64,000 nt of DNA from Oscillospiraceae bacterium (GTDB lineage Bacteria; Bacillota; Clostridia; Oscillospirales; Oscillospiraceae): the NCBI GenBank assembly GCA_017419715.1, contig JAFOKO010000069.1, forward strand, positions 345-64,344. The letters are read 5' to 3'. The notes below the pieces were generated by a model that was given only the letters and a program-made list of their open reading frames with translations, had not been told where the DNA came from and did no database searches. Of the stretch, positions 43,157 through 53,400 are shown piece after piece. Numbering within the stretch: the first letter of the stretch is position 1; every line of letters begins with the position of its first letter. A program made the translations under genes and the position numbers.

Positions 43157-45568
43157 CTATTTCACGATAAGATTTACAAGTTTATTGGGGACCACGATGG
43201 TCTTGACGATGTTCTCACCGACACGGGCCACCGCTTTCTGGACCCACTCGTCTCCCTTGACCAGTGCTTCCAGCGCATCCCGATCCAGATCAGCAGGCGC
43301 TTGCACCGTGCCCTTGGTCTTGCCGTTGATCTGAACGGCGATGGTAAGCTCCTGGTCCTTGCACTTGGCCTCTTCATACCGGGGCCAGGCGGAGAGGGAG
43401 CAAAGGCCCTCAAAGCCCTTCATCTCCCAGAGTTCCTCGGAGATATGGGGCGCAAAGGGGCTCAGAAGCTGGAGCAGCGTCTTGAGCTCGGCGCGGTTGC
43501 AGCCTTTGTCGGAGAGCTGGTTCACCAGGGTCATGAGCTGGGCCAGCGCCGTGTTGGCCTTCAGCTGGTCGATGTCGGAAGTGACCTTCCGGATCGTCTT
43601 GTGCATCAGATTTTCGTTGACCTTGGCGTAGGTCGTTTCCTGATCCTCCACCGTCTCGGCCAGGGCCCAGACCTTATCCAGGAAGCGCTTGCAGCCCTTC
43701 ACAGAGTTGGAAGCCCAGGCGGCAGGTTTTTCAAAGTCACCGATGAACATGATATAAGTGCGCATCGTATCGGCGCCGAATTCGTTGATGACATCGGTGG
43801 GATTGATCACATTGCCACGGGACTTGGACATCTTGATGCCGCCCTCGCCCAGGATCATTCCGTGGCTCGTCCGCTTGGCATAGGGCTCTTTGGTGGGGAC
43901 CACGCCGATGTCATACAGGAATTTGTGCCAGAAGCGGGAGTAGAGCAGATGCAGGGTGGTGTGCTCCATGCCGCCGTTGTACCAGTCCACAGGCGTCCAA
44001 TGCTTCAGCGCCTCGGGAGAAGCCAGGGCGTCGTCGTTGTGAGGATCGGTATAGCGCAAGTAGTACCAGTTGGAGCCCGCCCACTGGGGCATCGTATCCG
44101 TCTCGCGCCGGGCTGGGCCGCCGCAACTGGGGCAGGACACATTGACCCACTCGGCGATCGAAGCCAGCGGGCTCTCGCCGTCGTCGGTGAGCTCATAGCT
44201 CTCAACCTCGGGCAGCAGCAGCGGCAGCTCTTTTTCATCCAGGGGGACCATGCCGCACTTCGGGCAGTGAATGATCGGGATGGGCTCGCCCCAGTAGCGC
44301 TGGCGGGCAAAGACCCAGTCACGGAGCTTAAAATTCTTCTTGGCTTCGCCGATGCCCCGCTCCGCCAGCCAGCTAATGATCGCCTTTTTGGCCTCGGCGA
44401 CGGACAGGCCGTTGAGGAAGTCGGAGTTGACCAGCGTACCGGTGGCGACATCGGTAAAGGCCGCCTCTTCGACATTGCCGCCCGCGATCACCTCCACGAT
44501 GGGCAGACCAAACTTCCTGGCGAACTCCCAGTCACGGGTATCATGGGCCGGGACTGCCATGATCGCGCCGGTGCCATAGGTGGCAAGGACATAGTCGGAG
44601 ATAAAAATTGGGATCTCTTTTCCGTTCACGGGGTTGATGCCCTTTACCCCGCCCAGGCAGACGCCTGTCTTGTCCTTGTTGAGCTCGGTGCGCTCCATGT
44701 CGGACTTGGAGGCGGCAAGGGCCTGGTAGGCCTTGACTTCATCGGGATTTGTCAACTTGTCCATCCACTTCTGCACCAGGGCGTGCTCCGGGGACAGGAC
44801 CATATAGGTCGCGCCAAAGAGCGTATCGGGTCTGGTGGTGTAGACAGTGACTTCGTCTCCGAGCGTTGTTTGGAAATTCACCTGGGCGCCGTAGGAACGG
44901 CCGATCCAGTTGATCTGCTGTGCCTTGACCCGCTCCGGGAAATTCACATCGACCAGATCGTCGATCAAGCGGTCTGCATAGGCAGTGATGCGCATCATCC
45001 ACTGGCTCTGCTCCTTGCGGATCACCGGCGCGCCGCAACGCTCACAGACGCCCTCTACAACTTCCTCGTTGGCCAGGACGCACTTGCAGGAGGTGCACCA
45101 GTTGACCGGCATTTCGGTCTTGTAGGCAAGGCCTTTTTTGAACATCTGCAGGAAGATCCACTGGGTCCACTTATAGTACTTCGGATCGGTGGTGTTTACT
45201 TCCCGGTCCCAGTCGAAGCTGTAGCCGAGGGCCTGCAGCTGAGAACGAAATACGCTCACATTGCGCTCCGTTACAGCGCGTGGATGGACATGGTTTTTGA
45301 TGGCAAAGTTCTCCGTGGGCAGGCCAAAGGCGTCATAGCCCATGGGAAACAGGACATTGTATCCCTCCATTCGTTTTTTGCGGGCGATCACATCCATGGC
45401 CGTGTAAGGGCGGGCGTGGCCCACATGCAGTCCCATACCGGAGGGGAACGGGAATTCGATCAAGCCGTAGAACTTCGGCTTCTCGCTTTGATCCTCGGTG
45501 CGATAGGTTTGATTCTCGATCCAATAGCGCTGCCATTTGGATTCAATGGCTGTATAATCGTATTTCAT
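43157..45568 (-). CDS. leuS: Leucine--tRNA ligase.
   Basis: 803 aa. [13 protein letters not shown] (HIGH region) and KMSKSRGN (KMSKS). Typical LeuS N-terminus: [14 protein letters not shown]. Confidence 0.95.
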   Translation of the reverse strand: MKYDYTAIESKWQRYWIENQTYRTEDQSEKPKFYGLIEFPFPSGMGLHVGHARPYTAMDVIARKKRMEGYNVLFPMGYDAFGLPTENFAIKNHVHPRAVTERNVSVFRSQLQALGYSFDWDREVNTTDPKYYKWTQWIFLQMFKKGLAYKTEMPVNWCTSCKCVLANEEVVEGVCERCGAPVIRKEQSQWMMRITAYADRLIDDLVDVNFPERVKAQQINWIGRSYGAQVNFQTTLGDEVTVYTTRPDTLFGATYMVLSPEHALVQKWMDKLTNPDEVKAYQALAASKSDMERTELNKDKTGVCLGGVKGINPVNGKEIPIFISDYVLATYGTGAIMAVPAHDTRDWEFARKFGLPIVEVIAGGNVEEAAFTDVATGTLVNSDFLNGLSVAEAKKAIISWLAERGIGEAKKNFKLRDWVFARQRYWGEPIPIIHCPKCGMVPLDEKELPLLLPEVESYELTDDGESPLASIAEWVNVSCPSCGGPARRETDTMPQWAGSNWYYLRYTDPHNDDALASPEALKHWTPVDWYNGGMEHTTLHLLYSRFWHKFLYDIGVVPTKEPYAKRTSHGMILGEGGIKMSKSRGNVINPTDVINEFGADTMRTYIMFIGDFEKPAAWASNSVKGCKRFLDKVWALAETVEDQETTYAKVNENLMHKTIRKVTSDIDQLKANTALAQLMTLVNQLSDKGCNRAELKTLLQLLSPFAPHISEELWEMKGFEGLCSLSAWPRYEEAKCKDQELTIAVQINGKTKGTVQAPADLDRDALEALVKGDEWVQKAVARVGENIVKTIVVPNKLVNLIVK

Positions 45569-45571
45569 ACA

Positions 45572-45946
45572 TCATTCCTCCAGGGCAACAGGCTTCGCGT
45601 CGTTCCACATCCGTTCCAGATCGTAAAACTGGCGGGTCTCGTCTGTGAAGACATGGCAAACCAGGGAGCCGAAATCCAGCAGGACCCAGGTCCCGCTCCG
45701 ATGGCCCTCCCGGTGCAGCAGTTCCTCACCACAGGCCTCCACAGCCTCCTCCACCGCATCGCACAGGGTGTTGACATGCGTATTGGAGGTACCGGTGCAG
45801 ATCAAAAAGTATTCGGCCAGCGTCGTGACCTCTGTGACCTCCAGAAGCTTGATGCCGACGCCCTTCTTCCCTTCCATGGCCTTGGCGGCAGCAAGGGCAA
45901 TTTCTTTCGTAGTCATTCTATCATTCATCCTTCCGTTGAAGTTCAA
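45572..45946 (-). CDS. rsfS: Ribosome silencing factor RsfS (Iojap family).
   Basis: 124 aa. YFLICTGTSNTHV..L.D.V......W.L.D.G...VH.F....R..Y.LE..W. Confidence 0.88.
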   Translation of the reverse strand: MNFNGRMNDRMTTKEIALAAAKAMEGKKGVGIKLLEVTEVTTLAEYFLICTGTSNTHVNTLCDAVEEAVEACGEELLHREGHRSGTWVLLDFGSLVCHVFTDETRQFYDLERMWNDAKPVALEE

Positions 45947-45951
45947 TTCTA

Positions 45952-46518
45952 TTAGAAAACCTTACCGGCGAGATCCGCTGCCACGGAGTAGAAGGTCATC
46001 GCGCACACCAGCAGGGAAATCAGCAGGATCAGCACGCCCTTGACCCAACCGGGGACGCCAAGATTATCTGCCTCCATGACCTCTTCGAGATCCTCTGGCA
46101 TATCCTTCAAAGTATCCGCCGTGATGCGAGCCAGCGGCTTCGGTGCAGGAACGCTTTTCACAGGAGCGGGGGCCGCAAAGGGCGAGACCGTGCTTCTCTG
46201 TGTGGGCTTGGGGGGCTCCGTATCTCCGATCAGTGCATGCAACTCTGCCAGCAGCGCATCATCATCAAACTCATCCTGGGGAGGAGGCGGAAGCGGGGCT
46301 TTCTTTTCTTTTTCTTCGCGATGCGCCATCCCTCTCGGGGAAAGCACATCATCCAATTTCTTCTTGTCCGCGGGAGCCTTCTCCGCAACGCTCGCCTCTT
46401 GGGACTCCACAGCCTGCTCGGTGTTGGTCTCGGCAGAAGGCGTCGGAGTCGCTTCCTTCTCAGAAACAGAAGCTTCCGGCTGATTCGTTTCTTCCTTCCG
46501 TTTGAATTGTTCGTCCAT
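45952..46518 (-). CDS. Hypothetical tail-anchored protein: acidic/Pro-rich low-complexity region plus a C-terminal TM.
   Basis: 188 aa from the ATG at 46516-46518 (MDEQFKRKEETNQPEAS...). The C-terminal TM is WVKGVLILLISLLVCAMTFYSVA. The 326-aa track ORF overlaps the nadD-yqeK gene and was trimmed. No recognisable domain. Confidence 0.5.
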   Translation of the reverse strand: MDEQFKRKEETNQPEASVSEKEATPTPSAETNTEQAVESQEASVAEKAPADKKKLDDVLSPRGMAHREEKEKKAPLPPPPQDEFDDDALLAELHALIGDTEPPKPTQRSTVSPFAAPAPVKSVPAPKPLARITADTLKDMPEDLEEVMEADNLGVPGWVKGVLILLISLLVCAMTFYSVAADLAGKVF

Positions 46519-46544
46519 GTTTTTTTTCTTATTCTTAGAGTTGC

Positions 46545-47744
46545 TCACAAGTTTTGACTCCTCTCGGTGTTGTTTCGATAGTAATTCCAGGCAGCAAGGG
46601 AATCCGTATCCAGGATCATTCCCTGTTTCTTGACATGAGTCACAGCTTGATCCAGGCCGCAGAACACAGCGGCATCCAGATCCTTCCAGGTAAGCTCCCG
46701 CAAATGCTCCACGCCGGGGAATTTTCGATTGGGCTCCATATAGTCCGCAATATAGAGGATCTTCTCCAAAAGGGTCATTTCCGCCCGTCCGGTCGTATGC
46801 CACCAAATGGCTTGCACGATCTCCTCCGGCTCTCCAAAGATCTCGCGGGCTATAACTGCCCCGGTCTTTGCATGCAGAAGCTTTGGGTTCTCCTGCTGGA
46901 ACGCGGTAAGCATCATACCATATCTGGCGCACAGATGCAACTGTTCTCTTCCGGAAAGCGCCTTTGTGATGTCGTGTAGAATACCGGCGCGGCGTGCCAG
47001 ATCCGGATCAGCCCCCCAGTGCTCCGCCAAGCTGGCTGCAGTGTCGGCCGTTCCCTGTACATGGGCCCGTCTGCCCTCGTAATGGAGGGCGAGTGAGATC
47101 TCACGGAGCTGCTCATAGGGCAGGCCCCGCAGCTTGGCATCCGTCAAATACCAACCGTTTTGCTGGATCAGTTCCAAAACCGCGGGGGGCAAATAGTCCG
47201 GCGCGTGGAAGGCCAGCAGGCGGCGAACTGCAGTGGAGGAAACCGCCTCAAAGCGGTTCTCTACCTCGATCACACGGGCTCCCATCTGCTGCCGCAGACG
47301 CTCCGCCTCCTGGCAGACTGCCTTCCAGCTATCCTCTTTGTCGTCCCGGTGCATCACCGCAAGAGAAGCAAGGGAAGCAATCCGTTCCGGTGCCCGCCAG
47401 CTGGCAAAGGACAGGAACATATCGGTGCCCATAATCAGAATCAGCGCGTCCTCCGGGAATTGCTCCCGCAGCGTTTCCAGCGTTTCCACCGTGTAGCTTT
47501 TCCCTTCCCGGCGGATCTCCAAATCACAGATCTCCGCGCCCTGGACCTCTGCAAAAGCAGCCCGGCAGAGCGCCACACGCTCCTCTGGCGTCGGAGAGCC
47601 GACAGGAAGCGTCTTATGCGGCGGATCGGCAGCCGGCACGATCAAAAGTCGATCCAGCTGCAAATTCTTGATCAACTCGGACGCAGCCAGGACATGACCG
47701 GTGTGGGGCGGATTGAAGCTGCCTCCGTAAACACCAATTCTCAT
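46545..47744 (-). CDS. nadD: Fused nicotinate-nucleotide adenylyltransferase (NadD) and YqeK-type HD-domain hydrolase.
   Basis: 399 aa. N-terminal half: GVYGGSFNPPHTGHV...SST.VR. C-terminal half: GILHDITK...LLHAKTGA...HTTG...YIADYMEPNR (YqeK HD family). Confidence 0.85.
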   Translation of the reverse strand: MRIGVYGGSFNPPHTGHVLAASELIKNLQLDRLLIVPAADPPHKTLPVGSPTPEERVALCRAAFAEVQGAEICDLEIRREGKSYTVETLETLREQFPEDALILIMGTDMFLSFASWRAPERIASLASLAVMHRDDKEDSWKAVCQEAERLRQQMGARVIEVENRFEAVSSTAVRRLLAFHAPDYLPPAVLELIQQNGWYLTDAKLRGLPYEQLREISLALHYEGRRAHVQGTADTAASLAEHWGADPDLARRAGILHDITKALSGREQLHLCARYGMMLTAFQQENPKLLHAKTGAVIAREIFGEPEEIVQAIWWHTTGRAEMTLLEKILYIADYMEPNRKFPGVEHLRELTWKDLDAAVFCGLDQAVTHVKKQGMILDTDSLAAWNYYRNNTERSQNL

Positions 47745-48187
47745 TTCTCGCCGTCCTGTTCCGCACGGCGGCGCTGCTTGGCAAATTCAATCGCCGTCTG
47801 CTTGAAGTATTCGTTTCTTCGTTCCCGCTCCGCCTTGGCGGCCGCTCTTCGCTTTTGCGCACCGGCGCGCACCGGATTGACCTTGAACTTTGCCTTGGCA
47901 GTTCCCGTCTTCTTTGCAAGGGTTTCAGAACGGCGCCAGACAACGAACTTGTTGCCCACGCACTGGATGCCCTCGGCGTGCAGCGCCTCACAGAGCTGAT
48001 CGCTTACCTCCCGTGCGCTCATCAGAGCGGTTTCCAAAACCTTTCCTTTGACCAGTTCCCTGGCCTCGAGCTGTCGGCTCAATTCCTCCACCAGCGCGTC
48101 TGTGACGCCTTCTTTGCCCACCATCAGGGTCGTTTCTATTTCATTTGCCTTGGCGCGGAGCTCAGCCCGCTGTTTGCTTGTGATCAT
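47741..48187 (-). CDS. yhbY: YhbY/CRM-domain RNA-binding protein with a ~50-aa basic C-terminal extension.
   Basis: 148 aa. LTSKQRAELRAKANEIETTLMVGKEGVTDALVEELSRQLEARELVKGKV is the CRS1/YhbY fold signature. The tail is rich in K/R/A (AKKTGTAKAKFKVNPVRAGAQKRRAAAKAERERR...). Confidence 0.8.
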   Translation of the reverse strand: MITSKQRAELRAKANEIETTLMVGKEGVTDALVEELSRQLEARELVKGKVLETALMSAREVSDQLCEALHAEGIQCVGNKFVVWRRSETLAKKTGTAKAKFKVNPVRAGAQKRRAAAKAERERRNEYFKQTAIEFAKQRRRAEQDGEK

Positions 48188-48777
48188 TTGTTATCCTCCA
48201 GCATTTGTTCCAGTCGAAGCAATGCGTTTGCACGGTGTGAGATCCGATTTTTCCGCTCCGCCCCCATCTGGGCGAAGGTGCAGCCCTGAGCGGGAACATA
48301 GAAAACGGGATCAAAGCCAAAGCCGTCCTCGCCGCTGGGTTCCAGGGCGATCATTCCCTCACAGCTTCCCCGCGCAACCAGCTTGCGGCCATCCGGGTAC
48401 AGCAGGGTAATGACGCATACAAAGCGGGCAGTGCGCTCTTCGGCACGAATTCCCCGCATGTTTTTTAGTAAATAGTTCAGCCGATCCCAATCCGTTACGC
48501 AGTCCGGCGCGCCATAGCGGGCGGAATAGATCCCGGGCGCGCCGCCCAGCACATCCACGCAGAGGCCGGAGTCGTCCGCGATGGCAGGCAGACCTGTTGC
48601 CTCCATCACAGCTCTGGCCTTGAGCTCAGAATTCTCTTCAAAGCTGGTTCCGGTCTCGTCCACATCGATCTTTACGCCCAAGTCGGACTGCAGCACGAGG
48701 TCCATATCATACGGAGCCAGGATCGCTTGAATCTCCGCCAGCTTGTGGCGGTTTTGCGATGCAAGAACAACTCTCAT
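48184..48777 (-). CDS. rdgB: Non-canonical purine NTP pyrophosphatase (RdgB/HAM1 family).
   Basis: Start chosen at MRVVLASQNRHKLAEIQ (ATG 48775-48777, 4-nt overlap with the rph stop). Motifs: ETG.SFEENS..KA...DDSGL.V..L.G.PG.YSAR...FGFDP.F. Confidence 0.88.
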   Translation of the reverse strand: MRVVLASQNRHKLAEIQAILAPYDMDLVLQSDLGVKIDVDETGTSFEENSELKARAVMEATGLPAIADDSGLCVDVLGGAPGIYSARYGAPDCVTDWDRLNYLLKNMRGIRAEERTARFVCVITLLYPDGRKLVARGSCEGMIALEPSGEDGFGFDPVFYVPAQGCTFAQMGAERKNRISHRANALLRLEQMLEDNK

Positions 48778-49487
48778 AGGGTGATATACCTCCGCAGCAG
48801 GGAGCACAGCTCCCTGTTGCCTTTCTCACAGAGCTCCAGAAGCTTTTGCTGTTCCTCCCGGGTGTAGGGTCTCGCCTCTCCGGTGGCCTGGATCTCCACG
48901 ATGCGCCCATCCGAAGTCATGACACAGTTCATATCCACCATGGCGTGGCTGTCCTCTTCGTAGCACAGATCCAGCATCGGCGTGTTGTCTACCAGCCCGG
49001 CGGAGATCGCGCTCACATAGTCATTCAGCGGAATGGAGGCGAGTTCTCCGCGCTCCACCAGCCGCTGCAGGGCCAGAGCCAGGGCCAGGAAGCCGCCTGT
49101 CACCGAAGCTGTCCGGGTGCCGCCGTCTCCCTGGAGCACATCACAGTCCACGATAACGGTCCGCTCTCCGAGGGCGGAGAGGTCCGCCGCGCTACGCAGG
49201 CTCCGGCCGATCAAGCGCTGGATCTCGGCGCTCCGGGCGGAGAGCTTCAGCTTGGAAATGTCCCGCTTGGAGCGCTCCCGGTTTGCCCGGGGCAGCATGG
49301 AATACTCTGCCGTGATCCAGCCGCCCTGTTGCACATGGGGCGGCACTTTATCCTCCACAGAGGCGTTACAGAGGACCACCGTGTTGCCCATCTCGATCAG
49401 GCAGGAGCCCTCGGCAAATTTCGTAAAATGCGGTGTGAGCTTGACTGTCCGAAGCTCATCCACTTTTCGTCCGTCGATCCGTATCAT
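48774..49487 (-). CDS. rph: Ribonuclease PH.
   Basis: 237 aa. IDGRKVDELR.V......F..AEGS.LIE.G.T.VLC...GW.TAEYSMLP..T..R...DCDVLQ.DGGTRTAS.TG. Confidence 0.93.
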   Translation of the reverse strand: MIRIDGRKVDELRTVKLTPHFTKFAEGSCLIEMGNTVVLCNASVEDKVPPHVQQGGWITAEYSMLPRANRERSKRDISKLKLSARSAEIQRLIGRSLRSAADLSALGERTVIVDCDVLQGDGGTRTASVTGGFLALALALQRLVERGELASIPLNDYVSAISAGLVDNTPMLDLCYEEDSHAMVDMNCVMTSDGRIVEIQATGEARPYTREEQQKLLELCEKGNRELCSLLRRYITL

Positions 49488-49497
49488 ACGCTGTCCC

Positions 49498-50391
49498 TCA
49501 AATCAGTGCTTCCACAAATTCCCGGCTGCTGAAGGGCATGAGATCGTCAATGCCCTCGCCCACGCCGATGTATTTGACTGGGATCTGCAGGCTGTCCGCC
49601 ACGGCGATCACAATGCCGCCCTTGGCTGTGCCGTCCAGCTTGGTCAAGACGATGCCGGTCACACCGGCGATCTGCTGGAATTGGCGTGCCTGAATCAAGC
49701 CGTTTTGTCCCGTCGTACCGTCCAGAACCAGCAGGACCTCCTTGCTGGCGTTCGGCAGCTCCCGGTCGATGATCCGGCTGATCTTGCCCAGCTCGTTCAT
49801 GAGGTTTGCCTTGTTGTGCAGACGCCCGGCCGTATCGCAGATGATGACATCCACATTGCGGGCCTTTGCGGCAGAAATACCGTCGTAAACGACAGAGGCA
49901 GGGTCCGCCCCCTCATTCTGCCGGACAAGCTCCACACCCGCCCGTTCAGCCCAGATCTCCAATTGGTCGGCCGCGGCGGCGCGGAAAGTGTCCGCCGCGC
50001 AGAGCAGGACCCGCTTGCCCTCCTCGGCCAGCTGGTTGGCCAGCTTACCGATGGTGGTGGTCTTGCCGACGCCGTTGACGCCGATGACCAAAATCACGGA
50101 AGGTCTGGTTTCCAGGTTCAGGCGCGTGTTCCCCTGCTCCAGCATTTCTGTCAAAATGTCCTGCAGGGCACGGTGCACCTCTTCCTCCTGGCGAAGCTTT
50201 TGCGCACCGACCCGCTCGCGCAGGGCCTCCACAGCCTTGACGGCAGTATCCACGCCCATATCCGCCAGGATCATGCGCTCTTCCAGCTCGTCATAGAACT
50301 CATCGTCCACGCCCCGGAAGGCGGGGAAGATATTGCCAATGCTTTTCTTGGTCTTGGAGAGACCTTTTTTAATTTTTTCAAAAAAACCCAT
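49498..50391 (-). CDS. ftsY: Signal recognition particle receptor FtsY.
   Basis: 297 aa. [15 protein letters not shown]...DTAGRL......[10 protein letters not shown]. Confidence 0.93.
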   Translation of the reverse strand: MGFFEKIKKGLSKTKKSIGNIFPAFRGVDDEFYDELEERMILADMGVDTAVKAVEALRERVGAQKLRQEEEVHRALQDILTEMLEQGNTRLNLETRPSVILVIGVNGVGKTTTIGKLANQLAEEGKRVLLCAADTFRAAAADQLEIWAERAGVELVRQNEGADPASVVYDGISAAKARNVDVIICDTAGRLHNKANLMNELGKISRIIDRELPNASKEVLLVLDGTTGQNGLIQARQFQQIAGVTGIVLTKLDGTAKGGIVIAVADSLQIPVKYIGVGEGIDDLMPFSSREFVEALI

Positions 50392-50411
50392 ATTTCAAAC
50401 CTCATCGGTAG

Positions 50412-53400
50412 TTATTGTTGATTCAGACCCAGTTCTTTTTCCAGTCCATCCAGATCCAGGTGCAGGATCTTGGAGACGCCCTGCTCCTGCATGGTGACGC
50501 CAAACAGCGCGTCCGCCTCTTCCATGGTGCCGCGGCGGTGGGTGATGACGATAAACTGTGTCTTGGAACACAGCTGCCGCAAATAGTTGGCATAGCGTTC
50601 CACATTCCGGTCATCCAGCGCAGCGTCGATCTCATCGAGCATGCAGAAGGGCGTCGGGCGCACCTTCAAGATGGAGAAGTACAGGGCGATGGCCACGAAG
50701 GCCTTCTCACCGCCGGAAAGCAGGGTAATGGTTTTCAACTGCTTGCCGGGGGGCTGCACCTTGATCTCGATACCGCAGGCCAGCGGATCGTTGGGGTCCT
50801 CCAGCTCCAGGGATGCCCGGCCTCCGCCGAACATCTCCACGAAGGTCTCGCCAAAGTAGTGGTTGATCCGGGTGAATTCGCCCACAAAGATCTCCGTCAT
50901 CTGCTTGGTGATATCCCGAATGATCCCCTCCAGATCTCGCTTGGACTGCAAGACATCATCTCGCTGGCCGGAGAGGTATGTATAGCGCTCGTTGACCCGC
51001 TCATATTCCTCTATGGCGCCGAGGTTCGGCGTGCCGAGGCCGTGCAGCTTCCGGCGCAGCTCAGCCACCTTGCGATTGGCGGCGGCCACCGATTCCAGCG
51101 CAGCTGCATAGGCAGGTGCAGTCGATGGCGTCAACTCATAGCTGTCCCAGAGCTTGTCCACGATCTGCTTTTCCTCCATCTGGGAGGTATTCCGCTTTGC
51201 TTCCAGGCGGGCGCATTCGCGCTCCAGATCGATGATGTCCTTATTCTTCTGCTGGGCGTCCCGGTCGGCGGCAGTGCGTTGGGCTTCCAGCTCGTTCCGC
51301 TGCTCCAATGCCTCCCGGTGGGCCGTGCGCAAAAGCTCGGTTTTGGCGGTTTGTGCCTGCAAAGCGTCCTTGTTTTCCTCGATCCGCGTCTCTAAGGCGC
51401 GCATTTGCGTCTCAAGGCCGTCGATCGATTCCTGCTTTTGGCTTCGGTCGCCCTCCATGGAGGCAAACAGTTCCTCCAGACGGCGCAGCGCCTCCATTGC
51501 GGTCAACTTCTCCGCGTTCAGCGCGGCCACCGCCATCTTTTTTTCGGTGAGTTCGTCTGTCAAGCCGCTGCCCTCCTGGCTCAGCGCGCTTTGATCCACC
51601 GAAAGCGCATCGATGGAGGCGGATATCTCCTTTTCCCGGGCCTCCAGAGTCTCACAGTCCCGCTGCAATGCGTCTCGCCGACGCGAATCAGTTCCGATTT
51701 GGGCCCCAAGCATGTCGATCTCCCGCTGGTTTCCCGCACAGGCTTGACAAATGGCATCATACAAGACGCTGTATTGTTTTTCCTCGCCTTCAAGGCGAAG
51801 GATCTGATCCTCAAATTCACGAAGCTTTCCCTGGATGGCAGACTGTTCATAGCCCACCAGATCCCGCTGGCGGTTGGCCTCGGCGCTCTGCCGGGCAAAG
51901 TCCTCCTTCTGGGCGTTCAGCTTGGCGATCTGGGCCTCCAGGCGGCTGATCTCATTGGCACGGGACAATACGCCGGCTGAGCGGCTCACGCTGCCGCCGG
52001 TCATGGAGCCGCCCGCGTTCATGACCTGCCCGTCCAGGGTAACGATCTTAAAGCGGTTCTTGTATCGGCGGGCCATGGCGATGGCGTCGTCCAGGTTTTC
52101 CGTGATGACAGTACGGCCCAGCAGATTCTCCACCACAGGACGGTAGCGCGCATCATAGCGGACCAGGTTGGAGGCAATGCCCACAAACCCGTGGCAATTC
52201 TCCACGCCCTGTTCCTGGAGAACGCGGCCCTCCACCGCGGACAGCGGCAGAAAGGTCGCTCTGCCGACATCTCGCAGCTTGAGCTGCTGGATCGCCTGTT
52301 TGGCGTCCTCCTCCGCGGAAACCACCACATGCTGCATGGCGCTGCCCAGAGCGATCTCCATTGCTACAGAATAGCGGTCGTCGGTCTGGATCAAGCGGGA
52401 CAGCGGCCCATGGATATTCCGAAGGCTTCCGGCCTCCGCCTGCTGCATCACAAACTTGACGGCCTTGGAAAAGCCTTCATATTCCCGTTCCATTTCCCGG
52501 AACAGATGCAGGCGGGAGCTGGCGGTATCCAGCTTCACGCCGCAGTCCTGCAGCGCCTGGCGGAGTTCTTCCGCCTTCTCCTCCCGGGCCTTCTGGCGAA
52601 GGGCGTATCCTGCAAGGGAATTCTTGCAGCCCTCTGCCGCCTCGCGGGCCTTTGAGAGGGCCTTGCGGCAGGCAGACAGCTTCTCTTCGGTCTCGCTCCG
52701 TCTGGTTTGCGCGGTGTCGCGGTCGGTACAGAGTTCCTTCTCCCGCTCCCGGCTTCGTTCCAACGCCTCCGCCAGTGCGGCAATGTCCGCACGCTTGGCA
52801 GCCAGATCGGCCACGCAGGCGGCATGGCGGTTGCGCAGCTCCAAATAGCTTCGGTTCATGCCCTCGGTGGAGGCGGTCAACAGGTCCAGCTCTTTCCGGA
52901 TCTCTGCAAGGCGAAGCTCCAGCGTCTTAGTTTCCTGGTCGATCTCCCCGAGGCGGCTTCTACGCTCTTGGATCTGATTTCGCAGATCCCGGCGGCGTCC
53001 ATCCTCATCAGCAAGCTCCTGGCGCAATCTGGAGAGATTCTCCGCCGCGTTGCGCCTCTCGCCTTCCAGCACATCCGAGCGTCCGGAGATGCGCTGCAAT
53101 TCAGCTTCCGCCTCGGAGATCCGCTCCCGGCGAGTCTCGATCTCCACATCCCGTTCCCGCAGCTCCCCATTCAAGCGCTCAGAGCGGCGATACAGGGCAT
53201 CCAGGTTTTCATGTTCCTGATTCAGGATAAATGCTGCCGCGTTGTAGTCTTCCTCCGCTTTTTTGGCGGCAGCGGCCAGGCTTTCCAGGCTGTGCAGCCA
53301 CAGCGCGACCTCCTGTCCTTTGAGTTCGTCCCGCAGGGCCAGGTATTTTTTGGCCTTCTCCGACTGTTCTCGCAAGGGCTCCACCTGGAGCTCCAGCTCA

